Virus record (IMG/VR): IMGVR_UViG_3300022848_000777
Span: 1-64,000 of that record
From: a virus
Reading direction: 5' to 3' (one strand)
DNA length: 64,000 nucleotides
Under the pieces are notes generated by a model. The model saw nothing but the letters and a program-made list of their open reading frames with translations, had not been told where the DNA came from and did not search any database. A program made the translations under genes and the position numbers. This document shows, one piece after another, positions 38,784-48,062 of this stretch; the stretch's first letter is position 1, and every line of letters starts with the position of its first letter.

Positions 38784-41103
38784 GATTGATATGTTAGATG
38801 GATTTATAGATGAATTAGTGGGTGATTGGTGGGTTGAATGTAGATTTAAGGAAATTTATTTAGACCCGAATAATAGCAGATGCCTATCCATATTGGAAAC
38901 TATGCTACGTGATAAATATGATTTCTCAGAACATGCAATAAATTATGTAACTGAGTTGATGAAAACACCATCTCGACCGACACCAACACATCTTGATCGC
39001 AAAGGCCCTACTGATTCTGGTATAGATGTAGAGGATGATGAAACATCAGTATCAGCTCACATTGATGGTTTTGATGAAGATGAAGAGGAAACTGATGATG
39101 AAGAAAATGAAGATGATGAATTAAATGAAGAAGTTTGGGTTAAGAATATTAAATCAGGTAACGTATATAAAGCAAAAGAACTTAATCCCAAAACACAAAC
39201 AAAACCATCTGATCAGGAAATAAGTCAGAAAGAAAAAGAAGGTGATTCGCAAAGTAGTAAAGATGATACCACATCTGATGATAATGATTCGAATGATGAT
39301 AATCAAGCCGATCAGCCAGATGAGGATACTGATGCGAGAGATAAAGCGGAAGCTGATATAAAAGTAAATTCATTAACAGCATTAGAAAAAGCTCAAAAAA
39401 ATGAAAAGGAAGAATCTAATACTGATAAATCATACGAATCGGCAAAGCAAAAAGTAAAAGAACTATATGGTGATGGTGGTAAGTTACTTCAAAACTCAAA
39501 AACTTCCGATCAATCATTAAATAAGGGGTTCCAAGAAGGAAAAGATTGGGTAGCGAGAGGAAATGCTGGTTCAAACTTTAATGAGAATATGTCTAATGAG
39601 GCATCTCTAATCATTGAAAAATATTCTGATATTAGTGAATCTGAATTATCATCTATTATCTTTGAAAAAAGTAAAAATACTAAATTAGGTAAGCAACAAA
39701 AAAAAACAATAATTCAAAGTCCAAGTCAAAATGATAGGGGTGAAATACCATCTTCTATATCAGCAAATGAGAGGGATTTATATAGAGCATGTATTATAGC
39801 AGCTCGATCAGGTGTAACAAAATCAAAAAGAGCAAATGAAGGTGCTAAATTAGCACAAGAAAAAGTTGGGTTTGGTAAAGAAACTAAAATATCATCATTT
39901 GGTGGTACTACTAAGGATAAAGAAAATCTAAAAAAAAAAATAGATTCAGCTGAAAAGATATATGTTACAGATGATGGGGGGGTAATCGAAGTACCTAAAG
40001 ATGCAATGCAAGAATGGGTAGATGGTTCAGGTGGTGGTGAAAACGCATCCGATACGGTAGTTATTACGGAAGATGAAAATGGTAATTTAATTTACGATGG
40101 TTGGAGTGATAAAAAAGGATTTAGTGATATTCAAGGGAATTCTACTCTAAATGATGATTATACAAAACAAACTAAAAATATCGATTCATTAGAAAAAAGT
40201 GGTAGAGTTAGTAAAGAAGATGCATCCAAAGCAAAATCTATTGTAGAGGATTCTAAAAAACAAAGTTCTGAAATTGAAAAGAACTATAATAATGCGGCTT
40301 TACAAGAAGCTAAGTTTTTAGGAACTTATACGGGTGAGGATAGGGGTAGATTAGTTAAGAATCTTAAAAAGTTAGAAGCTGGTTTTAAATCATCTGGTAT
40401 AAAAAATGATGTAGCTGATGCTATGAAAAAATATAAAGTTAAATCTCACGATGAACTATTAGATAAACTATCTGATGAAGCAGGTAGGGGTAAATCATCA
40501 TCAAATAGATTGAGACTTATTTCTAGATTAGCAGGAGAAGAAAGGAAGTTCCAAAAAGTTAATGGTAATGAAGTTCCTAATGAGTTAGATACTAATAAGC
40601 TAATATCTTCATCTAGAGAAAAGGCATTATCACTTCAAAGGGAAACTCATAACAAACTAAATGAGATAACAGGAAAAACATCAAGTGGTAAAGAAAAACC
40701 ATTAGGTGCTATTATAGGTTTCCAAGAAACAATAGATTTCTTACACTTAGATAAAATTAAAGAAGCTGATGCGGGTGATTTTAAACAAGTGTTAAAAAGA
40801 AATACTCAGTTAGTAATGGCAGGTAAGGATGTTACACCAAAAGCACTAAAAAAATGTTTAGGTGTAGATAATCTAAAAGATGCAGAGGATAACTTTGTGG
40901 TTGTTAGTGATGAAAAATTAATAAAAAATAAAGAAAAAACACTTACTACTGGTAAAGTTGTTTATATATACGCAGTTGACCAGAAAGATAGTAGTAGAAA
41001 GTTTATTGGTGAAAAACGATATCGTTCAAGATCAGGCGCAACAGGTAAAACTACAAATACAATTCAATGGTCACCTGATATGCAAAAATGTTTTGATAAG
41101 TAA
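38746..41103 (+). CDS. Large hypothetical protein (possible virion-internal protein)
   Basis: 785 aa; acidic N-terminal linker ending ELNEE; Lys-rich body. Confidence 0.55.
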   Translation: MKIIPKWKVLINEIDMLDGFIDELVGDWWVECRFKEIYLDPNNSRCLSILETMLRDKYDFSEHAINYVTELMKTPSRPTPTHLDRKGPTDSGIDVEDDETSVSAHIDGFDEDEEETDDEENEDDELNEEVWVKNIKSGNVYKAKELNPKTQTKPSDQEISQKEKEGDSQSSKDDTTSDDNDSNDDNQADQPDEDTDARDKAEADIKVNSLTALEKAQKNEKEESNTDKSYESAKQKVKELYGDGGKLLQNSKTSDQSLNKGFQEGKDWVARGNAGSNFNENMSNEASLIIEKYSDISESELSSIIFEKSKNTKLGKQQKKTIIQSPSQNDRGEIPSSISANERDLYRACIIAARSGVTKSKRANEGAKLAQEKVGFGKETKISSFGGTTKDKENLKKKIDSAEKIYVTDDGGVIEVPKDAMQEWVDGSGGGENASDTVVITEDENGNLIYDGWSDKKGFSDIQGNSTLNDDYTKQTKNIDSLEKSGRVSKEDASKAKSIVEDSKKQSSEIEKNYNNAALQEAKFLGTYTGEDRGRLVKNLKKLEAGFKSSGIKNDVADAMKKYKVKSHDELLDKLSDEAGRGKSSSNRLRLISRLAGEERKFQKVNGNEVPNELDTNKLISSSREKALSLQRETHNKLNEITGKTSSGKEKPLGAIIGFQETIDFLHLDKIKEADAGDFKQVLKRNTQLVMAGKDVTPKALKKCLGVDNLKDAEDNFVVVSDEKLIKNKEKTLTTGKVVYIYAVDQKDSSRKFIGEKRYRSRSGATGKTTNTIQWSPDMQKCFDK

Positions 41104-41117
41104 AACGGAGAGAATGG

Positions 41118-41507
41118 GTGAGAACGCAACTACTATGTACTTTCACAAACGAAAGTCAAATCGATGAAACGATAGAAAAAATACAAAAAGAATATCAACT
41201 ATTTACAGATATGATATTTATACTTAAATTAGATGATGATGATAAGTATATAATAACTTATAATGTAATGGCTGGTGGAAACTTCCAATTTTTAAAAGAT
41301 ACTATTTTAGTACATAGAAAAAAGGAAACAAACACATTATATACTATAAACTCACTAAATAATTTAATTCGTGATTTAAATTATGGTGAATTAGATAACT
41401 CATTCATAGTTGATTGGGGTAATTATCAAAATTCAGTAATACTTAGTGATGGTGGTGGTTATAGGGTAATTGGTACACAATTGCACAACATTTTTAGATT
41501 GAATTAA
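41118..41507 (+). CDS. Hypothetical phage protein
   Basis: GTG start after GGAG; TQLLCTF and HRKKETNTLYTIN motifs. Confidence 0.6.
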   Translation: MRTQLLCTFTNESQIDETIEKIQKEYQLFTDMIFILKLDDDDKYIITYNVMAGGNFQFLKDTILVHRKKETNTLYTINSLNNLIRDLNYGELDNSFIVDWGNYQNSVILSDGGGYRVIGTQLHNIFRLN

Positions 41508-41544
41508 AATTATTTGATACTTATACATACACAAGGAAACTACT

Positions 41545-41976
41545 ATGGCTAATATACAAAAGAATAGAAAATTAATGGTTGAGCAAATGGGTTCTATTAG
41601 AAAACTCTTAACTGAATATGGAACAATGCCACCATCCAAAAATGGAGTTGATATAGATAAATACGTACTTGATTTTCAAATCAAAGTAGGTACTAGCTCG
41701 AAGGTGGGTTCGTTTACACCTAATATGGATTCGCATTCAGGAACCGTAACCTGAGAAAGTCCGAAGCATGATGCAACTATACTAGCAACCCCATTCTGGG
41801 ATCATAATCCACATCTACCCATTAGGATTGAGTCATATGATGGTACGGTGATACTCGATAAGGTACTCAAATTCAAACCTACATATGACATGGATACGGA
41901 TATGAAAACATATCAAAAAATGTTAAAACCATTTTTGAAAGTGGCAAAATCATTGAAGGCTCGGGGCTGGAAATAA
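41545..41976 (+). pseudogene. ORF interrupted by an in-frame TGA (41752-41754)
   Basis: The frame stays open for 73 more codons after the TGA (..GTVT*ESPKHDATILATPFWD..). Confidence 0.6.
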
Positions 41977-42026
41977 AGTAATTATAAAAGAAAATTAAAA
42001 ATTAAAAAATAAATATTAAAAAAAGC

Positions 42027-42056
42027 TTGGTTATCACAAAGATAATCACTATATTG
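42027..42056 (+). promoter_or_regulatory. Early/middle-type promoter TTGG-N19-TATATTG
   Basis: Upstream of gp32. Confidence 0.75.
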
Positions 42057-42085
42057 TACAAAATAAATAATAAAAACTAAAAATT

Positions 42086-42892
42086 ATGGCAATTGATTTA
42101 AACGCAATTCGAAATCGTCTAGACAGTCTACAGACAAAAACTACAAAGAATGATAACCTGTGGAAACCGAAACCAGGAACACAGCAAGTAAGAATAGTAC
42201 CTTACATTCATAATGAATCCAATCCTTTTATTGAATTACTCTTCCACTATGGATTCGGTGGTAAAAATATGCTATCACCACAAACCCACGGTGAGCCTGA
42301 CCCATTATTGGAATTTGCAGAGCAATTGAAGTCGACTGGTGATAAAAATGATTGGAACTTATCTAAAAAACTGACACCAAAATTGAGAACATATGTTCCT
42401 GTTGTAGTACGTGGTGAGGAAAGTGAGGGGGTTAAGTTTTGGGGATTTGGTAAAACAGTGTACCAAGAACTATTATCATTTTTCTCCGATCCAGATTATG
42501 GTGATTTAACCGATCCTATAAATGGTAGGGATATTACAGTGGAGTTCAAAACAGCAAAAGAGTTGGGTAAAACCTATCCAGAGACTTACATTAGAGTCAA
42601 GCCTAAACAAACACCAATTACTTCTGACCAAAACGTTATCCAAATGTTGAAAGATCAGGTTGAATTACCAAAGATGTTTAAGCAGTACACTTATGATGAG
42701 ATGAAATCTAATCTTGAGCAGTGGCTAGAGACTGGTGATGTATCTGATGAAGAAACTGAGGAATCTCCAGTTAGCACATCTACAAATGGAAATTCATCAA
42801 CCGATGTCCCATTTGAAGCCGACACTAAAACGGTTGTAAAATCAACAGCGGGTGTGAATGATGCATTTGATCAACTATTCAATAAGAAATAA
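42086..42892 (+). CDS. gp32: Single-stranded DNA-binding protein (gp32-like)
   Basis: WKP, VRIVP, GVKFWGFGKTVY and D...GRD motifs; acidic tail ending FDQLF. Confidence 0.85.
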   Translation: MAIDLNAIRNRLDSLQTKTTKNDNLWKPKPGTQQVRIVPYIHNESNPFIELLFHYGFGGKNMLSPQTHGEPDPLLEFAEQLKSTGDKNDWNLSKKLTPKLRTYVPVVVRGEESEGVKFWGFGKTVYQELLSFFSDPDYGDLTDPINGRDITVEFKTAKELGKTYPETYIRVKPKQTPITSDQNVIQMLKDQVELPKMFKQYTYDEMKSNLEQWLETGDVSDEETEESPVSTSTNGNSSTDVPFEADTKTVVKSTAGVNDAFDQLFNKK

Positions 42893-42899
42893 ATAAAAT

Positions 42900-44012
42900 A
42901 TGTCAAAAAATAATCGTGATGAATTAGCATCGCTATTAGCTGACAATCTCAATACTAAATTCAAAAAAACAGGGCAGCATGCCTACTTTTTAGACGGTTC
43001 CGAAGAGACACCCACTGATTTAACAGAGTGGGTGTCCACGGGAGATGATATGTTGGATTTAGCGATATCAAATAGACCACATGGTGGTTTTCCCGTTGGT
43101 AGAATTATTGAGATTACAGGCTTAGAAGCGAGTGGAAAATCCCTATTAGCAGCACATACGTTAGCCAACACACAAAAGAAAGGTGGATTGGCAGTGTATA
43201 TTGACACAGAAACTGCTATTAGTGAGGACTTTTTATCAGCAATTGGTGTTGATACAAAAGAAATGTTATACTTGCCGTTAGAAACGGTTGAGGATATATT
43301 CGAAAGTATGGATTCTATAATTGATACTATTAGAAAATCTGATAAAGATAGATTAGTTACAATAGTTGTGGATTCAGTAGCAGCCGCATCTACTAAGGTA
43401 GAGATAGCCGCAGATTACGATCAAGCAGGTTGGGCTACTCAAAAAGCAATTATCATATCTAAAGCTTTACGTAAGATTACCAATGTAATTGGTAGAGAAC
43501 GTATCTTATTAGTGTTTACAAATCAACTTAGAGTTCGGATGGGTGTAACTTTTGGTGACCCGTACACCACATCAGGTGGTAAAGCTCTTGGGTTCCATGC
43601 AAGTTGTAGACTTAGAATGAAGCAAATGGGTAAGATAAATGCCAAAATCGGTGGTAAAGATCAACCAATTGGTATCAAAACTAGAGTACAGGTTTCTAAA
43701 AATCGAATGGGGCCACCTCATAGAACTACAGAATTTGACATATACTTCGACAGAGGTATTGATAAGTATGGTTCTTGGTTGAGTACGATGAAGGCTTATG
43801 AGTTGGTAAATCAGGGTGGTGCTTGGTATACTTGGGTGAGTAAATCCACTGGCGAAGTACATAAATTTCTAAGTAGGGATTTTGAAAAACTAATAGATAG
43901 TGATTCTGAGATTAAAAAAGAAATATACGATGAAATTTGTGAAGCTTATATACTAAGTTATAAACAGCCAGATGTATCAACTATTAAGATAGAAACAACC
44001 GATGAAGAGTAA
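42900..44012 (+). CDS. uvsX: RecA/UvsX recombinase
   Basis: GRIIEITGLEASGKS, YIDTE, VVDSVAA, TNQLR, TTSGGKAL.F and KNR motifs. Confidence 0.95.
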   Translation: MSKNNRDELASLLADNLNTKFKKTGQHAYFLDGSEETPTDLTEWVSTGDDMLDLAISNRPHGGFPVGRIIEITGLEASGKSLLAAHTLANTQKKGGLAVYIDTETAISEDFLSAIGVDTKEMLYLPLETVEDIFESMDSIIDTIRKSDKDRLVTIVVDSVAAASTKVEIAADYDQAGWATQKAIIISKALRKITNVIGRERILLVFTNQLRVRMGVTFGDPYTTSGGKALGFHASCRLRMKQMGKINAKIGGKDQPIGIKTRVQVSKNRMGPPHRTTEFDIYFDRGIDKYGSWLSTMKAYELVNQGGAWYTWVSKSTGEVHKFLSRDFEKLIDSDSEIKKEIYDEICEAYILSYKQPDVSTIKIETTDEE

Positions 44013-45042
44013 TTATAAGGAAATGCTAAATAACCTATCAGAGACATCGGATGATAAAAATGTTAATGATAGAGTGATGATAGTGGATGGTTTGAATGCA
44101 TTTATCAGAGTGTTCGGTGCAGTACCGACATTAAATGATGATGGACAACACATCGGGGGAATAACAGGTTTTCTGTTATCCCTCGGTGCTCGTATTAGGG
44201 ATTACAACCCAACGAGGGTCGTACTGGTCTTTGATGGTAAGGGTGGTTCGGCAAAACGTAAAAAGATATTTCCGAATTATAAAGCAGGTCGATCTGGTTT
44301 AACTAAACTAAATCGTTTGGCTGGTTATGAGGATTTAGAAGATCAATCTAGATCAATGAAAGTGCAATTTTCAACATTAATTGAATATTTACAGATGTTG
44401 CCAGTTGATGTTTTATACATAGATCACGTTGAGGCTGATGATGTTATTGCATATGCAGCGAATCACATCTTCAAAAAACAAGTTAATATTGTATCATCTG
44501 ATAGGGATTTCTTACAGTTAATCAATAAAAGAATTTCAATTTGGGCACCTACAAAGAAGCGAATGTATACTGAGCAATCACTATTAGATGAATATGGTAT
44601 TAGTTCAACTAATTTCCTACTATATCGTGTAATAGAGGGGGATTCGGGAGATAAGATTCCAGGAGTAAGTGGAATTGGTAAAAAGACCTTACTAAAATAC
44701 TTCCCCGATTTCGCCACTGATAAAGTACTCACTATTGACACTTTAGTTAATGAATTAGATGGACTTGAAAAGCCTAATAAAGCTATACTAAAGATAAGGG
44801 AATCTGTAGAGCAGATGGAGTTGAATGATAGGTTAATGCAATTGAGAGATCCAGACATCGGTGCATCTATAAAATCCAATATTCGGGGGATATTAGAATC
44901 TCCTGTGAATAGATTAAACACATTTCTATTCAAAAAGCAGTTTATGATTGATAAATTATATACTGCATTTAAAAATATTGAATATTGGATCGGTAATACT
45001 TGGACTGATTTAGATAAATATGCTAAAACTACTCATAAGTAA
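44002..45042 (+). CDS. 5'-3' exonuclease/flap endonuclease (T4 RNase H-like)
   Basis: IVDG.N, VFDG, YKAGR, EADDVIA, SSDRDFLQL and GDSGDKIPGV.GIG.KT motifs. Confidence 0.93.
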   Translation: MKSNYKEMLNNLSETSDDKNVNDRVMIVDGLNAFIRVFGAVPTLNDDGQHIGGITGFLLSLGARIRDYNPTRVVLVFDGKGGSAKRKKIFPNYKAGRSGLTKLNRLAGYEDLEDQSRSMKVQFSTLIEYLQMLPVDVLYIDHVEADDVIAYAANHIFKKQVNIVSSDRDFLQLINKRISIWAPTKKRMYTEQSLLDEYGISSTNFLLYRVIEGDSGDKIPGVSGIGKKTLLKYFPDFATDKVLTIDTLVNELDGLEKPNKAILKIRESVEQMELNDRLMQLRDPDIGASIKSNIRGILESPVNRLNTFLFKKQFMIDKLYTAFKNIEYWIGNTWTDLDKYAKTTHK

Positions 45043-45043
45043 T

Positions 45044-45073
45044 TTGGATTACTGAATAGTTTTTTGTATATTG
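45044..45073 (+). promoter_or_regulatory. Early/middle-type promoter TTGG-N19-TATATTG
   Basis: Upstream of the helicase. Confidence 0.75.
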
Positions 45074-45109
45074 CTTCTAATATACCTACACTAAATCACA
45101 TGAAAATAT

Positions 45110-46420
45110 ATGGATACATTCGGAAAGAGATTTGGTTCAAGTTTCCAAATAAAAATTCTATCAGCATTATTATCAGATAGGATATTTTTACAGACTATTT
45201 ATGATATTATAAAAGATGATTATTTCGATTCTGATGCAAATCAATGGATTTTAAGTAAAATATTAACCCACTTTGATAAATACAAACAAATACCAACCTT
45301 AGATGTATTTAAAACGGAATCAGATGCACTTAGTTCTGATATTCTAAGACAATCTGTATCAGATAACCTTAGAAATGTATGGGGTGGATTAGAATCCACT
45401 GAGTTAGAATACATAAAAGAGCAATCACTAGAGTTTTGTAAGAATCAGGAAGTTAAAAATGCTATCCTTGAATCGGTAGGTTTGCTTGAGAGTGGTAACT
45501 ACGAAGAAATTCAATCTAAAATAACCGCAGCTATGAAGGCTGGGCAGGATACTGATATCGGGCATGAGTATAATATTAGTATTGATGAACGTTATGCCGA
45601 TAGTGTTAGGAATGTAATTACAACAGGATGGCCTGCAATTGATGAATTAGTAGATGGTGGTTTCGGAAAAGGTGAATTAATTATCTTCGCAGCACCGCCA
45701 GGAATTGGTAAATCATGGGCTCTTATTAATGTGGGTATGGCTGCTGTCAGAGCTGGAAAAACGGTGGTACATTATACTTTAGAGTTAAACGAGGGATATG
45801 TTGGTCAGAGATATGATGCTGTGTTAACTAATATGGCAGTTACTAATTTGAAATATAACATAGATGATGTTAAATCTAGTATTAAAGAATTATCAGGTGA
45901 GCTTATAATAAAATATTGGCCCACAAAATCAGCATCCGTTAATTCCGTAAGGGCATCGGTTGATAAGCTCATATTACAAGGAAAGAAGCCTGATATCATT
46001 ATAGTTGATTATGCAGATTTACTTAAAGGCAATTCGAAGCGAGAGAAGCATGAAGAAATTGAAGAAGTAGTTGAGGAACTTAGAGGTTTGGCAGGGGAGT
46101 ATGAAGTACCATTATATACAGCATCTCAAATAAATCGTTGTCATAATGTAAATGATAACGTGGAAACTCCAACTGGTGATAAAAGGATTGGTGATGTGGA
46201 GATTGGAGACCAAATATTAACACATAAGGGATTTAAGAAAATAACAAATGTATTCCCAATTGAACGACAACCAACCTATCGTATTAAGCTTAAAGATGGT
46301 AGAGAGATAAATGTTTCAGCAGAACATATGATACCAACCCAATACAACAAAATAAAATCCATAGCAGATGGACTTTCAGTAGGTGAGAAATTATTTGTAA
46401 AAAAGAGTGGAAAAAAGTAA
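45110..46420 (+). CDS. gp41: Replicative helicase (gp41/DnaB), N part plus 93-aa split-intein N fragment
   Basis: APPGIGKS, TLEL, VDYADLL, ASQINR|CHNVND. Intein Cys1 at 46139; VSAEH is block B. Confidence 0.95.
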   Translation: MDTFGKRFGSSFQIKILSALLSDRIFLQTIYDIIKDDYFDSDANQWILSKILTHFDKYKQIPTLDVFKTESDALSSDILRQSVSDNLRNVWGGLESTELEYIKEQSLEFCKNQEVKNAILESVGLLESGNYEEIQSKITAAMKAGQDTDIGHEYNISIDERYADSVRNVITTGWPAIDELVDGGFGKGELIIFAAPPGIGKSWALINVGMAAVRAGKTVVHYTLELNEGYVGQRYDAVLTNMAVTNLKYNIDDVKSSIKELSGELIIKYWPTKSASVNSVRASVDKLILQGKKPDIIIVDYADLLKGNSKREKHEEIEEVVEELRGLAGEYEVPLYTASQINRCHNVNDNVETPTGDKRIGDVEIGDQILTHKGFKKITNVFPIERQPTYRIKLKDGREINVSAEHMIPTQYNKIKSIADGLSVGEKLFVKKSGKK

Positions 46421-46440
46421 GGTTTTGCCATGCAGTTATA

Positions 46441-46448
46441 TACTTATA
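46441..46448 (+). promoter_or_regulatory. Late-type promoter motif TACTTATA before the helicase endonuclease
   Basis: Followed by AAAAGGA and ATG 46464. Confidence 0.65.
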
Positions 46449-46463
46449 TAAAAAGGATATAAT

Positions 46464-47555
46464 ATGGCATCAGTAAAGCAAGCTTGGATAACTAGATACG
46501 GAGAAGGGGAAGGTCTTCGTATGTGGGAAATACAAAAAAAGAAATATGGTAAAACACATGATGAATTGAGAACGAAACACGGTAATGATTACGTTGAATC
46601 GTTAGCAAAGAAGAAAAATACATTTTCATTAAAAGGGTGTATTGCCAAATATGGAAAAGTTGATGGTGCTGTTAAGTGGAATGATAGATTAAAAACCAAG
46701 TTAAAAACACAATCTGTTAATTTTAAAAACAAAAAATGGAATAATGGTAGAACCTTAGAATCATATCAACTTAGATACGGGGTAGCGGATGGTTACAGTA
46801 GGTGGGATAAACGGAATAAGCATCAATCCTATATGGCATCAACTCAACGTTATTTGGATGAATTTGGTGAAGATGGGTATGATATAATAAGAAAGATAAA
46901 AGATAACACATCTTTAGAGGCGTATCAAATTCAATACGGTGATGTAGATGGTTTAGTTCATTATAATAAGCACGTTGAACTGATGAAGAACGCATCAAAG
47001 AGGTGTATTGATTATTGGTTAACGTACCATAATGGTGATATTGAGTTAGCAACGCAATCGTTATCAGAGTATCAGAATAATACATCGTTATCATCATTTA
47101 CAAAACGATATGGTAAAGAAGTTGGGTTAGTTAAATATTTAAAATGGGTTGAGGCGGTAACAAAGTATGGATATAAAAGTTATAGTAAGATATCACAGAC
47201 ATTCTGTTGGAATTTGTATGATTCGCTAAATTTATCAATAAATGATACACAATTTTATGAATTAAATAATGAACAATCATTCTACTTTGGTAATAAGTTG
47301 ATTAAGGTTGATTTTAAGTATAAACAAAAGATTATAGAATTCAATGGTGATTATTGGCATGCAAATCCTAATCTGTATAGTGAATCTGATATGATAAAGG
47401 AATATACCGCTAGTGAAATATGGCATCGTGATTCCAATAGAATTGATTTATTAGAAAAAGCTGGTTATGATGTCTTAGTTGTATGGGAATCGGAGTATAA
47501 TGCGAATGGGAGTGATATCATAAACAAATGTAAAAAGTTTTTAGAAAATGAATAA
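46464..47555 (+). mobile_element. Free-standing homing endonuclease (Vsr/EDxHD-like) inside the fractured helicase
   Basis: N-terminal (R/K)YG...G...W repeats. C-terminal VDF...IIEFNGDYWH...D..R......GY.VLVVWESE. Confidence 0.85.
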
Positions 47556-48018
47556 ACATAATTTAAATCCAGATGATTTTGATTTGGTCGAAATTGAGAG
47601 TATTGAGCTAATCGGCGATTCAGATACTATTGATATTACCGTAGAGGATACACATATGTTCTTCGCTAATGGGGTATATAGTCATAATTCAGGCGCAGAT
47701 GATGATATTATTACAGGTACCAAAATAGCAGGTTCATTCTCAAAACTTATGACTGCTGATTTTGTAGTTTCACTGAGTAGAAAAATTGAAGATAAGTTAG
47801 CAGGTACGGGTCGATGGCATGTTATAAAGAACCGTTTCGGGCCCGATGGTACTACATTACCATCCAAAGCTAATATGTCCAGCGGTAAAATAGAGATATT
47901 TTCAGATAATTCAGTTGATGGTCAAAATACAAAAAAAGATATGAAAGAGGGGGAGACTTTTGTTAGACAGAATTTATTTCAAAAGTATAAAGAAATTAAC
48001 AACAAAGTTAACTTTTAA
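47548..48018 (+). CDS. gp41: Split-intein C fragment (47 aa) plus helicase C part
   Basis: IESIE..G..DTIDITV...HMFFANGVYSHN|SGADDD (Asn ends 47688), then TADF and KNRFG motifs. Confidence 0.95.
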   Translation: MNKHNLNPDDFDLVEIESIELIGDSDTIDITVEDTHMFFANGVYSHNSGADDDIITGTKIAGSFSKLMTADFVVSLSRKIEDKLAGTGRWHVIKNRFGPDGTTLPSKANMSSGKIEIFSDNSVDGQNTKKDMKEGETFVRQNLFQKYKEINNKVNF

Positions 48019-48062
48019 TACTTTGAGATGATATTTATTAACACACAATTAAAAGGAAATTT

